From positions 15,440,001 to 15,504,000 of the forward strand of contig NW_024704743.1 in assembly GCF_018977255.1 (NCBI RefSeq): a stretch of DNA of 64,000 nucleotides, written 5' to 3'. This document shows positions 36,684 to 48,535 of this stretch, piece after piece; position 1 is the stretch's first letter, and each line of letters opens with the position of its first letter. The translations under genes were made by a program, and so were the position numbers. Source of the DNA: Callorhinchus milii (taxonomy: Eukaryota). The notes below the pieces were generated by a model. That model had not been told where the DNA came from. It worked only from the letters and a program-made list of their open reading frames with translations, and did not search any database.

Positions 36684-39600
36684 ATAGAATCATAGAGTTA
36701 TACAACACAGAAGGAGGCCATTTGGCCCATCATGTCTGTGCCGGCTCTTTGAAAAGTACTAGTATCCCGTATGCTTTTTAACAGCTTTATCTACCTGTCC
36801 TGCCACCTTCAAAGATTTGCTTATATGAACCCCCAGGTCTCTCTGTTCCTTCATCCCCTTTAAGATTGTACCATCAGCTTATATTGCCTCTCCTCATTCT
36901 TCCTCCCAAAATGCATCACTTTGCATTTCTCCACATTAAACTTCATCTGCCACATGTCGGCCCATTTTACCAGTCTGTCTGTGTCCTCTTACAGTCTGCT
37001 ACTATCCTCCTCACTGTTTACTACTTTTCTTAGCTTAGTATCATCTGCAAACTCAGAAATTGTACTCCCTATACCCAAGTCCAGGTGATTTACTTAGATC
37101 AAAAAGAGCAATGGTCCCAATACTGACCCCTGGGGCACACCACTGCACACTTCCCTTCAGTCAGAAAAAAAACTGTTCACCACTACTCTCTGCTTTCTGT
37201 CTCCCATCCACTTCTGCATCCATGCTGCATTTAATACCGTGAGATTCTATTTTGCTTACAAGTTTCTTATGTGGCACTTTATCAACGCCTTTTGATTATC
37301 TGTAAAATCTACATCAACTGCTCTACCTTCATCCACCCTCTCTGTTACTTCATCAAAAAACTCTATCAGGTTTGTTAGACATGATTTGCCTTTAACAAAT
37401 CTGTGTTGGCTGTCCTTTATTAACCCATATTTTTCTAAGTGAAAATTTATTTTGTCCTGGATTAGTCTCAAGAAAGTTCCCCTCTTCTGACGTTTAGGCT
37501 GACTGGCCTGTGGTTCCCGGGTTTATCCTTCTGGCCCTTTTTGTACAGGGGAGTAACATTAGCAACCCTCCAGTCCGCTGGCAACACCCCGGTATCCAAG
37601 GAGTCTTGAAAGATTGTGGGCAAAGCCTCTGTTATTTCCACCCTTACTTCCCTCAGTAATCTAGGAAGCATCCCGTCCGGAACAGGTGACTTATCTACTT
37701 TGAGCACCGACAACCTTTTTAGTACCTCCTCTCGGTTTATTCTTATCGTATCCAATTTCTCTACCCTCTCCTCCAATACTGTGGCATTGGCTGCATCCTC
37801 TTCTTTTATTACGACAGATGCAAAGTACTCATTCAGTACATCAGCCATGCCCTCTGCCTCCACAAGAAAATTTCCTCTTTGGTCCCTAATTGGATCCACT
37901 CTACCTTTGACTATTCTTTCATTCTTTATATGCTTATAAAATACCTTAGGGTTCCCTTTTATGTTACCTGCTAATCTTCTCATACAATCTCTTTGCCCCT
38001 CTTATTTCCTTTTTCAGTTCTCCTCTGTACTTTCTATATTCTATTTGATTATCTTCTATATTTTGGACCTGCCATTTATCATAAGCCTCCTTTTTCTATT
38101 TTATTTTAATTCCAATTTCTTTATTCATCGAGGGAGGTTTTAATGCCCTACCTTTCCCTTTTGTGGGAATGTATTTGTTCTGTCCCTGAACTATCTCTTC
38201 CTTGAAGGCTTCCCATTGCTTGTTAGCTGTTTTATCTGCCAATCTTTCTTTCCAGTCCACCTTGGCTAGGTCCCTTTTTAACTCTTTGAAATTAGCCATC
38301 TTCACTTTGTTTGCTCCTTGTCCCTTTCCATAAGTACTTTAAACCTAATGATGTTGTGATCACGGTTGTCCAGATGCTCTCCTACTGAAACCTGCTCCAC
38401 TTGCCTCACTTCATTCCCCAGAACTAGATCCAGCATTGCTTCCTTCCTCGTTGAACTGAAAACATACTGATCCAGAAAGTTATACTGCACATATTTCAGG
38501 AATCCTTCCCCCTCCTTGCCCTTCACACTGTTATTTTGCCAGTTTATGTTAGGATAATTGAAGTCCCCCATTATCACTTCTCTATTGTTTTTTCATCTTT
38601 CTGAAATCTGCTTACAGATTTTCTTGTCTATCTCCTTCCCACTATTTGGTAACTTGTTTGTCCTCTGTAATGCTACATCTGGCTTCCCTTCCCCTCTCGT
38701 AATTAGTTTAAACTCTTCCCCACAGCACCAGTAAGCCTCCCTATGAGGACATTGGTCCCAGCCCTGCTCAGGTGTAACCCATCCACCTTGTACCAGAATT
38801 GGTCCAAATGATCCAGGAACTTTTCTGCACCATTTCTCAAGCCATGCATTCATGTATTTGATCCCGGTGTTTTGATACTCACCTGCACGAGGCACTGGGA
38901 GTAATGCAGAGATCACTACCTTTGAGTTTCTACTCTTTATCTTTTTCCCTAGCTTCTGATATGATCTCTGCAGGCTCTCAACCCTTTTTTTCCCTACGTC
39001 ATGGATCGCAACATTGACCACGACTTCTGGATGTTCCCCTTCCCCCTGTAGAACGTTTTGCATCCGTTCCGTGATGTCTTCAAACCTGGCACCAAGGAGG
39101 CAACATACCATGCGAGAGTCACATTTTTGGTTGCAGAAACGCCTGCCTACTCCTTTCATCATTTTGTCCCCAATGACAATTACATTGACTCTTCCCTGTG
39201 TACCCGTGTGCATCCATTTGCTTTTGACTCCCCTCCCTGGAGGTGCCATTACCCTCACTGGTATTCAGTACAGAAAACCGGTTTGTGCGTGCCACACTCT
39301 CAGGGGATTTCTGCACTGCCTGTCCCCTCTTCTTACCATGCCAGGTAGTCACCCACTCACTCTCTTCTGTGGCTGTGGGGTGACCACCTACCTCTTGAAA
39401 CGTTCGATCCATGAACTCTTCAGTTTCCCGTATGCTATGTAGTGATACCAGCCTCTCCCCGAGCTCAGAAATCCTGAGCTCAAGCTCAAGCAGCCGGAGG
39501 CACTTCCTACACACGTGTCTGTCCATGGCACACAAGGCATCCTGGAGTTCCCACATGGCACACATTGTGCATGCAACTGGTCTCATCTGCGCTACCATAT

Positions 39601-39852
39601 TCCCAGACATTTTATGTTACCTCAAGATAGATTTACCACTACTCTGTTGAATGAAAGAGTTCTCTCTTGCTTTCTGGCATCTGTCTTGCTCTCTGGTATC
39701 TCTTTTGCTCTCTGGTATCTCTCTTGCTCTCTGGTATCTCTCTTGCTGAAGAATTCCCACTCTCATTAATTCCTTAACAGAATTCTCACTCTGTTCCACC
39801 TCATTCCGTTCTCCCCTCACACTGCTGGGCTCTCTGCTCCCTGCTCTGCTCT
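36684..39852 (-). mobile_element. CR1 LINE with 5' UTR, ORF1 (zinc finger plus esterase-like) and ORF2 remnants; frameshifted and internally deleted
   Basis: ORF1 CTMCAMWE...HVCRKCL and VIGD...VCCLLGAR; ORF2 IMGDFNYPNINW, DWRVANVTPLYKKG, GKSCLTNLIEFF, GVPQGSVLGP, FADDT; CR1 tail at 36684. Confidence 0.95.
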
Positions 39853-39857
39853 CTAAT

Positions 39858-40240
39858 GTAGCTTTGGAAGAGGTTAGGACTCTTCCTGTTGGAGCATAAG
39901 AAGGGTCAGAGGAGTTAGCATCTCAGAGTGCTTAACAGTGTTGGAACCTGACTCCGAGCCCGGGGGGTGGCAGGTGATCAAGGTGGTTAGTGTATTGAAA
40001 GACTTTCAGAGAATTAATTGTTTAAAATAGACTATCTGCTGGTCGGAGATTCAAGAACGAGAGGACGCAAATTCAGGATTGTGACTGGGGGAATAAAATG
40101 AGAAGTTGAAACCATTTATTTTTATCCCAAAGTGTTGCCAGGGTATGAAATGATTTGCCAGGGTGGGCTGATAGAACTGAATTGGGCATAGTGTTTAAAA
40201 AAGAATTGGACTAGTTGACGCAGAGGAAGGGTAATAGAGG
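39858..40240 (+). mobile_element. Old CR1, right part (3' continuation of 35800-36683)
   Basis: ttggaagaggttaggactcttcctgttggagcataagaagg (RLGLF.LE) and tcaagaacgagaggacgcaaattc (SRTRG.KF) resume ORF2 where the left part stopped. Confidence 0.75.
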
Positions 40241-40449
40241 GTGAGCCCACTGTTTAACCAACATCAGTAGTGGGCATTCAAACCTTTGTGAGTAACAACT
40301 GCTTCAATCTAAAGTTCCTGACTGCCAGGTGGTGTTGCAGCCTATAGCACAGGGCACCTCCCTTGGCAGGAATAGCTGACTGTGAATTTCATTCCAATTT
40401 CCATTTAAAGAACAATATTGTGCCAGGATACAAGTTGAGGAGCTGTTAA

Positions 40450-42070
40450 TAGCATTTTAAGTAATGGCAGAAAAATGCCAAAATAATCCTTGACTCATAA
40501 ATGGACCAAGTAAGCAGCCTTCATACCAAGTCCTACATTCTTTAGAGCTAGGCAGGATTTTGAGGCAATTAGAGCTTGTTCATACTTGAGTTGAAAAGAA
40601 CCAAATGGACAGTATCAGGGGCCTAAGAAGAAATCCCTCCTCCTGATGATAGTAATTTGTTACTCTATACATGGCTAATTTTGACTTGATCAGAATCAGT
40701 ACTGAAAGTCAGATTGTCATGGAAGGGTTCCCCCCTGCATTTTAAGAGGAAAGTTCCTAACAAATTGGTTTTGACTTTGAGGTAAAGAAACCCCTTTCTT
40801 TCTCAATCAAAAATGCTCCATTCTCCATGCCAAGTAAACTGTGTACAACTCCTGATATTTCATTATGCCAGAGAACGTAGGGCATGACCCACTTTGAATT
40901 TTAAGACCTGGAATAAAACTACTTCATTCTCAAAGTTCAAGATAGCAAGGGAGACTGATCTACTTGAGGATCTGGGAAAGTGATGAGCTGCTGTGGACCT
41001 CAAAGATATGGACCTTCAGATATCAGATTTCTAATTTAAGTTATTCATTTAATGTAGAGGAAGTAAATTTCCATTTGATCTGATGTCAGCATCCAAGGTG
41101 TTTATGAAGTATTGGTTATTAATGTCACTCTTATTTTGACTACAGCACATTCACATCTGCTCTTACTTAGGTAATTGGCTCAACCAAGCTCCCTTTCAAA
41201 ACTCTTTTAACGACTGTGGTCTAGCAGGTGTTGAGTATCCTGGGGAAGCTGTAAATCCCCGTCAGCAAGAGGAATCTCAACGAGATCCAGGGAAGGATTC
41301 AGGCCTCAGTTCCAGAAGCTCTCAGCATATTTGTTTCAAGATTGTTTCTAAAATGGGTGACTTAAATGCTCACCCCTCTCTGTGCAATGCTACTTTGAGT
41401 TCTGGTGTCGATATGGTACGTTGTCCATAGCAATAAGAGCATTGCAAGACTAGTGACAGTAGGTGAAATTTTCTGGTCAGTAAAGTTACCAGGCCATTAG
41501 GAAGATGTCATTCTGATTGCTATTTGATGCACAAGTTCAGAGTTTTTTTTATGCAGGCATTTATTTTTGTTGTCTACCATGTTGTGTTTGTATCTTCCAC
41601 TCTGTTAATTGGAAGTAAGGCACTTTTAAGCTTAATGGTTATAAAAATGGCCAATGGCCATTTCCTTCTAGTAATGAGTCAAGTCACACATTTTAACAAC
41701 AGGAATGAGCTGTTAACTGATGCCATGATGCTTTGGAGTGTAGATCCAGATGTAGGGTGGAAAAGGGATGAATTTTTTCAAAATAAATGTGCGTGGGTTT
41801 TTCAGGGTGTTGCCAATATTCAGGATGTTGTATGGGAATGAGAAGGAGGTGTTTAGAGTTTGTAAAATGCATGGAAGTATGATGGTGATCTCAGTTACTG
41901 AATGACCATGATTAATAGGATGCGAGCACCTGGAAACGGTGGACATTTCTATGTGACTGGTCTAGTGCTTAGCTAATGTAGTGGAAAAGTGAAGAGGCTC
42001 CATCTCAAGGATAAATATGCATTTTGGGAAATATAATATATAATGTAAGTAATTATGCCATCCAAGAGTG
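40450..42070 (+). mobile_element. Highly degenerate DIRS-type retrotransposon RT/RNase H relic (boundaries approximate)
   Basis: Manual translation: AAVDLKD (40987-41007) and FPFDLMSASKVFMKYWLLMSLLF*LQHIHICSYLGNWLNQAP (41068-41193), colinear with DIRS LPFGLSSAPRVFTK...GIHIFPYLDDWLI. Confidence 0.7.
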
Positions 42071-42607
42071 TGTCATCCTGCTACGTAAGTAGTGGAAAAT
42101 ATGTTTAAGTGAGTTACAGGGTGAATTATAAGTAATCAAAGGTCATATTTTACATGAAAAAAATAATAACAGAGTAGCAGAGTGGATCTTGTGACACATT
42201 TTCTGAGCTGATTTTGCACACGTTTTCTAATTGCATTGAAGTATCACAAAGCAACATTTATAATAACTATTTCTAAATGCACATGTATTAGCATAGACAT
42301 TTAATGATTGAACACATAAAATGAGAAAATCGTCTCACGTTTCCATCATGTCCTTATGATGTTTGTAATTGGGGAAGCTTTTAAAAAGACGAGAGAAAAG
42401 TGCCTTATAACCAGTTGTTCACATTGCCAGGAGTCTATCCAGTCAGGTTGTTCCACATCATTGTATTCTGTGAATTGTACATGCAAAAAACACTTTACAG
42501 TATAACCTCTCCGTGAAATAAGGTGCTGTATCAAATAAATGCAAGAACTATTATTATGTACTGTATAATAAAATTGGGGTAGAGATCATAGTCCTGGATC
42601 ATAGTTG

Positions 42608-42918
42608 TGGAGTCCTGTAGCTCAGTGGTTAGAGCACTCGCTTTGCAAGCGAGAGACCTGAGTTCAATTCCAGGCAGGGCGAAACCTTGGGCAAGTTTCC
42701 TTACTCCACACGCCTAATAATAATCCCTCCAAAACCCAAAACAATAATTAAATTGGTCATTTTCAATCTACGACTGTTTGTGGGACATTGCTGTGCGCAA
42801 TTGGCTGCCGCGTTCGCCCACAAATATACAGTCAATTCACTTTACAGTATGTTCTGTAAAGCGCTTTGGGACGTCCTCCTGACGTGAAAAGCGCTATATC
42901 AAATGCAAGGATTATTAT
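42608..42918 (+). mobile_element. tRNA(Ala)-headed SINE, short-body subfamily
   Basis: A box tagctcagtgg, stem-loop ctcgc-tttgcaa-gcgag, B box gagttcaattcc, body, and L2 tail gcgctatatcaaatgcaaggattattat. Confidence 0.93.
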
Positions 42919-43589
42919 AGTCTGGGTGTTCGACTGGCTTTCAGTAGGTGCATGCCATGTGCTATAGGTAGTCCCATCTTACAAATGCATCAAATTGCAT
43001 AATCATTGCTAAGATATTGTTGAACACTGTGCAGCTTGCCTGATGCCCTTGCCTGATAGAGTGGGAATTTCTGCTCTTGGAGCTTTTTTTGGTTGGAGCT
43101 GTTTTTGTACAGCCATGGGAACAAGATCGTTCCAACAGGTCAAAATATGGTTGCAGCTTCTGACCAGTTCTGAAATCAATATAGCTGTCAGGGCACCTTA
43201 TATGGGATATGCCTGACTAAAAAGCCTTTTTAAATAATGAATATCTTTTGAAACATGAAAGTTTACACCATTTTCTTTGGGATTGTGATGCATGTAATGT
43301 TTTTAAAAATGGCAGCCTATTCCACTCCCAAATAACACTTTGCTGTGCATTCAAAACACTATTGAAGGAGTATTTAGAGAGGGGGGAAGCATAAATGAGT
43401 AAATGCACATTTGCTTTCCTCTCTAATTCCCAGTTCATGGCAGATATGAAGCAATTAATGCAGGCTTTTCCTTCCTATAGTTACAACTACTCCCTTAGAC
43501 GTTGACTGTTTGATGCAATAAATCACAGTGCGATATCTCCATAGAAGGAACTATAGAAAAATATGTTCATAATATCACAAGAGAGATTT

Positions 43590-44720
43590 GGATGATGATG
43601 GCTCTTCAGCCTATTTGATCTCATTCTTCCAGAATACCAATCTCACTGACTCCACGTTGCAGTATCATCCTGTTTCTTATGAGTCTAGTGCTCTGGATTT
43701 TACCACCCTTCCTGAAAACTTGTTCCTGTTATAATTGCCCTCTGATTCAAGAAATACTTCCTAAAATGCTTTTAACTCCCTGACCCTATGCCCCTGTCTC
43801 CTGTGGCCCTGATATATCTCTTCTGGGTTTACTTTCTCTGTCTTGTTAAGAGGCATTTTATATGCCTAAAAATCTACAGTCACTGAACTTTACAGCAAAT
43901 TTTGTGAACCATTTTATAATGTTTCAATGATGTGATGAGGTATTATATAAAATGCAAGTATTATTATATATACCTCGTATTTTTGGGTTAAAGAGTTGCG
44001 TTATTCCGTCCTCCTAGATCATCCCTCTATCACAACGCATCAAATTCATTCTCTCTCCATTGACTCCAGGACTCAAGCTGCCTGTTGGTGTTGATGATCA
44101 GACCTGTACACACAGTATTCCAGGTGAAGCCAGATTTAAATATTGTGCAGCTTGTGCATAATTATGGAGATCTAAACTTCTCTGATATGGTGATTTGGCA
44201 ATTTAGCAAAATATTTTGTTTGCTTTGTTTTTTGTTGCCTTACACTGCTTGGAGATTGCAAGATCATGGTGAGCGATATGTCGTCTAATCCCTCGAAGTC
44301 TGTTTCAGATTTCCCTCTTTTCAAGTTATATCCCATCCATGACGTTCAGAACCTCCTATTCCCAAATAACTTACCTTGAATTTATCAGTCTCAATCTTTA
44401 TTTGCTAGTAATCAGCCTAAGAGCATATCCTGTTGAGCTTGCTTTTTAAGATCTTTGTTCCCTGATTTTTTTTCAGTCATTTTCCCTTCCAGCTCCCAAA
44501 AATAAGCTCGGGGTATCTGCAAATTTAACAATCTTTTTCCGAGTGCAAATTCTGGTCACTAGAAACAGGAAGGTCCCAGCACAGACCCCTGAGGCACCCT
44601 ATTCAATTTTCTTTCTCTTCCCTCCACCACCACTATTTTGACCTTGCTTCCTTTATGACTACTCTCTGTTTCTTTCCCTTTAGCCAGTTGACAGACATCT
44701 GAAACGCATTGCGTAATGTC
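43590..44720 (-). mobile_element. Degenerate CR1 ORF2 3' portion with a SINE tail inserted at about 43875-43970
   Basis: RVPQGSVLGP at about 44570-44600 on the minus strand; CR1-like 3' end near 43600. Confidence 0.7.
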
Positions 44721-45510
44721 TGGTTTTAAATTCCTGCACAAAGTGAACTTAAATATTTAACCATTTATTGCTATCTGTACTAACCATTGGAATATTTAAA
44801 GCAGCATAATATTTTTTATGCTCAACGTAAACCATAACACAGAACTGCACCATGTCTTTGTTCATTGGAGTCCTTGGTATTTCTATGGTGCTTTTGTGTA
44901 GTGATTTTTATTATTTTTGTTATTCGCTTGGGCTCTGTTTGCAGATGTGTTTACATTGACGTTCTTTTCCTTGTCAATGTTCAGGGAGCATGAACCCGAC
45001 ACTGGAAAAACAAAGAGCCTTGAGCATCTTAGATTAGACTCGTACTTGAAGGAGGGAATCTGTGTCATTCAGGAGTTTGTCTGACAATAACATGGTAATG
45101 TGTTATATGAAGAAGTGGAGTTGAAATTCCTTCTTGACTCTTTAGCAAGAGTACAAAGCAAGATTTACATTGGTGTTTACATAGCTTTGTAATTAAGTCT
45201 ACCAAACACCTTGCAGTATTGCAGCGAATCACAGTTCATTATTACTAAAAAGGTAGATCTATACTAGTGGACATAGATACATGGGTTAGCTGGACATTAA
45301 TCTCTATGACCTGTCAAATCTTTTTGGAGAATGATCTCAGCAAATCTACAGTCATCAAAGAAAACTTTTGTCTCCTGATCTATGTTCAACTGCAACATGA
45401 CACCCCCACCCCTCAAAAAAAGGTTTTCTATTCGCTAACTTGTTTATTGAGAGAAGGAGAAGGCACACCGAAGCCTTCCTTCTGTATGCAGTGTGTAACC
45501 CAGCTATCTT

Positions 45511-45737
45511 AAGTTTCCTTACGCCACACGCCTAATAATAATCCCTCAAGAAAAAAACAATAATAAATCGGTCACTTCAATCCATGGCTGTTTTTGAGAC
45601 ACTGCTGTGTGCAATTTGGCTGCCGCATTTCGCCCACAAATATACAGTCAATTCACTTTACAGTATATTCTGTGAAGCGCTTTGAGACATCTAGAAGACG
45701 TGAAAAGCGCTATATCAAATACAAGGATTATTATTAT
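45511..45737 (+). mobile_element. 5'-truncated SINE, same short-body subfamily as 42608
   Basis: aagtttccttacgccacacgcctaataataatccctc...gcgctatatcaaatacaaggattattatt. Confidence 0.9.
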
Positions 45738-48370
45738 GTAGAAGAGCAAACTGTGGAATACTCTTAAACAAGCGACTCGGATGTACTTACATCAGTACTT
45801 TATGGTCTTGTTTTTTTTCTTCTGGTTCTGAAATGCGTAGATCATTTCTGTTTATTTCACCATTTCTGTTACATTAATTTCTGAAGTATTTCAATAAGAC
45901 TTACTTATGACTGTATCTTCAGGTCAGTTTACTTTTTTCCCCCTCTCCACACCAGCCTTTTTAAACGGAGGTTGCAAATCTTTCTCGTTCTTAATGGTTG
46001 CATTTGTAAAGATTGCAGCCGGTTCCCAGAGCAGAAAGAATAAAAGTTTGTTGAGGGCAGTGGCAGTGCCACAAAAGAAGCCTTAATGTAGAGATTAGGT
46101 AAATGGCAAAATTCAAGGGGCTAATTTAAATCCTCTGAGTTGAGTTGAAAGTGCTGCCTGCCACCATTAGGTTGTCAGTGCTACTTGACTTTAAACAAAC
46201 GCATAATAGCTAATCTGGTATTAAAAGATGAAGTCAGCTTCATTTTAACAGAATATAAAACTATTGCATAATAACGACACTCGTATTCAGTTTTTACTTA
46301 TGCAAACCTGCTCCAGTAAATGTTTAAAAAAAGTTCTCATCATGAAGACTGTGTATGGGGACGTTTATATTCTTGCATTTTTTTTAAAATGCTTGTATTC
46401 TAAATCTTGTTTTTCAGTAAACGGGTTTCTGAGTTTGTTGGCCCCTAAAGAATAATACTAAATGCAGTTTATTCAGTTTACAACATCTTTAATTTATCAC
46501 AGGCCAATTTTTACAATCTATTACAATACTCTCTCTATATAATCTTTGGCAGTCGTGTCTTGTAGACTCATGGTAGATCAGTATTAAGAATGGCTTGGTT
46601 TGCTTCTTCACAGAATAAACACCAAGGAAATGGTATTGCAAATGCCACGGTGACAAGACTTAGCTTAGTTGCACACTTTAATGATAAATTGTAGTTCCTG
46701 TTTTCTTTATAGGTTTCCTAGATTTGAATTTGGTTGTAACCCAGATAACATTTGTTGAGTTTTTAAATCCCTGGGATATTTTGTAAGGCGGTTCAATAGG
46801 ATTGATAAACAGTCTTTTATGCTTGAGAACTAGTCTAATTTCCTGCTCATTTCTCCTCTCCTGTTTCTCTTTTATAGTTCATAGTGTTTTGAGTTTTATT
46901 GTATCCCCAAAGGCTTCTTCAATAGAGCGGATCAAAGCTGTACAGATGAACGCCACAAATACTCAGGCTTATTTCTTAAAAATTAAACATGTTATGTTTG
47001 CTTGCACAGTGATCAGAGTGCTCTTTATGCTGATAACAATCAGTATGAACTTTCCTGCTGCTGATGTAATGATGATGAATGCTGTGACACTGGTGTTGCA
47101 GACAGCTCTTCCCAAAGGAGTCAAAGCAGTTGCTAATGAAATGAATAAAAGTAAGGCTGCATAGAGAAAAATGGGGGACAGCGATAGAAACAAAGTGAGA
47201 ATCAGGTAATGGTGGAAAGCGAAAAAAAATTACAATAGTTAAAAGCAAAAATGTGAAAAATGAGATGGGAAGAAATCCAGAAGAGATAAAGAGGTTACAG
47301 TGGAATTGAAAGAAAGGGCAAACAAAGTTTATCAACTAGGTTTGCTAAACGGAAGGGAAGGCAGACAGAAACGGCACTTCTCAGTTACAGTATCGGACAA
47401 AGGAACAAGGCAAGGTTCATGTTACAATATTTAATAATTACTTTGATTCAATCTTCTATTTGAACTACCAGCAACAACATAAAATCACAGGCTGTTTGAT
47501 AGCATTTTATATTGAACAAGACTGCCAGTTTCCTTCATTTCCAATGTAGTATTGCACCTTGCTTCTCTTTCAGAGATGTGCAGTAACTATTTGAGAACTC
47601 CTCTGTAACTGCATTTATTCATTTAGCTGCAGGAGTCACCAACTTTTGGTGATTATTTTGTCTGAGTTTTGGTGACATTTGGCAATAACATCTGCGGGTG
47701 TTGTAAGTGTGTCTTGTGTCCTGTGTGGGTTGGGGGTTTTAGATTCCTTACGTTAGCCGGAAATCCATATCCATGACTTAAAGAGAAAGGCACACCTGTG
47801 TGCTGATTGCCGGGATAAATTGAGCACTGGCCTAAAGTAGCAGGACGGAGTAGAGACTCTGAATTGTTTTCTTCAGGAATGAACTGCTTTTGTTGCTTTC
47901 TACCTGTGTAAACCAATTATTGAATAGTGACATACTGTGAGTTTAAGTTACAATTGGCGGCAAAATAGTGGAAGGCAGACATTTAATTTTAGAATTTAGT
48001 AGTGAAGGCATAAAATTATTTAAAAATCAGGGCAGTCATAGTTGTGCTTTCTTCACACCTTCAGCATTTAGCTGGTGTTTGGGAACGGGGTTAAATTGTT
48101 AATGATTATTCGAAAATTAGGTTTGGAAATTGGTTCAACTCATTCTTTAACATGTATCCTGTTTTAATTTTTTAACCCATTATGTACTTCGTACAAGTGA
48201 TACATGGTGAAGATGCAGGGTGTTATTTCAAAGAACAGTGGTTTCATAAATGACCATCAGTCAAGAGCCACAATGTACAGCAGTGCTTGTGACTTTTACA
48301 TGCGTACACACGCACACACATACACACACAAACATATTATTTAATTGCATCTGTTTCTACCCTTTTTTAG

Positions 48371-48411
48371 GTGCGCTGGTGTTAGAAGCGCTGAAGTAAT
48401 GAAAAATTGCC
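48371..48411 (+). other. GLI3: 5' UTR part of GLI3 exon 2
   Basis: Acceptor tttctacccttttttag| at 48370; 41 nt precede the ATG. Confidence 0.9.
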
Positions 48412-48535
48412 ATGGAAGCCCATTCACACAGCACTACTAAATCTGAAAAGAAAAAAGTAGAAAATTCCATTGTGAAGGGAACTTCTCGCACAGATGTCAG
48501 TGAAAAAGCTGTAGCCTCCAGTACAACGTCCAATG
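48412..48535 (+). CDS. GLI3: GLI3 zinc-finger transcription factor, first coding exon (41 codons plus 1 nt; gene continues beyond the window)
   Basis: [41 protein letters not shown] closely matches the GLI3 N-terminus (human [41 protein letters not shown]); Kozak gccATGG; donor G|GTAAGT at 48535/48536. Confidence 0.97.

Noticed and set aside
42610..42685. Apparent tRNA-Ala(TGC) gene, also at about 2020-2092 on the minus strand
   Set aside because: It continues directly into SINE body and tail in several diverged copies; a SINE head, not a tRNA gene
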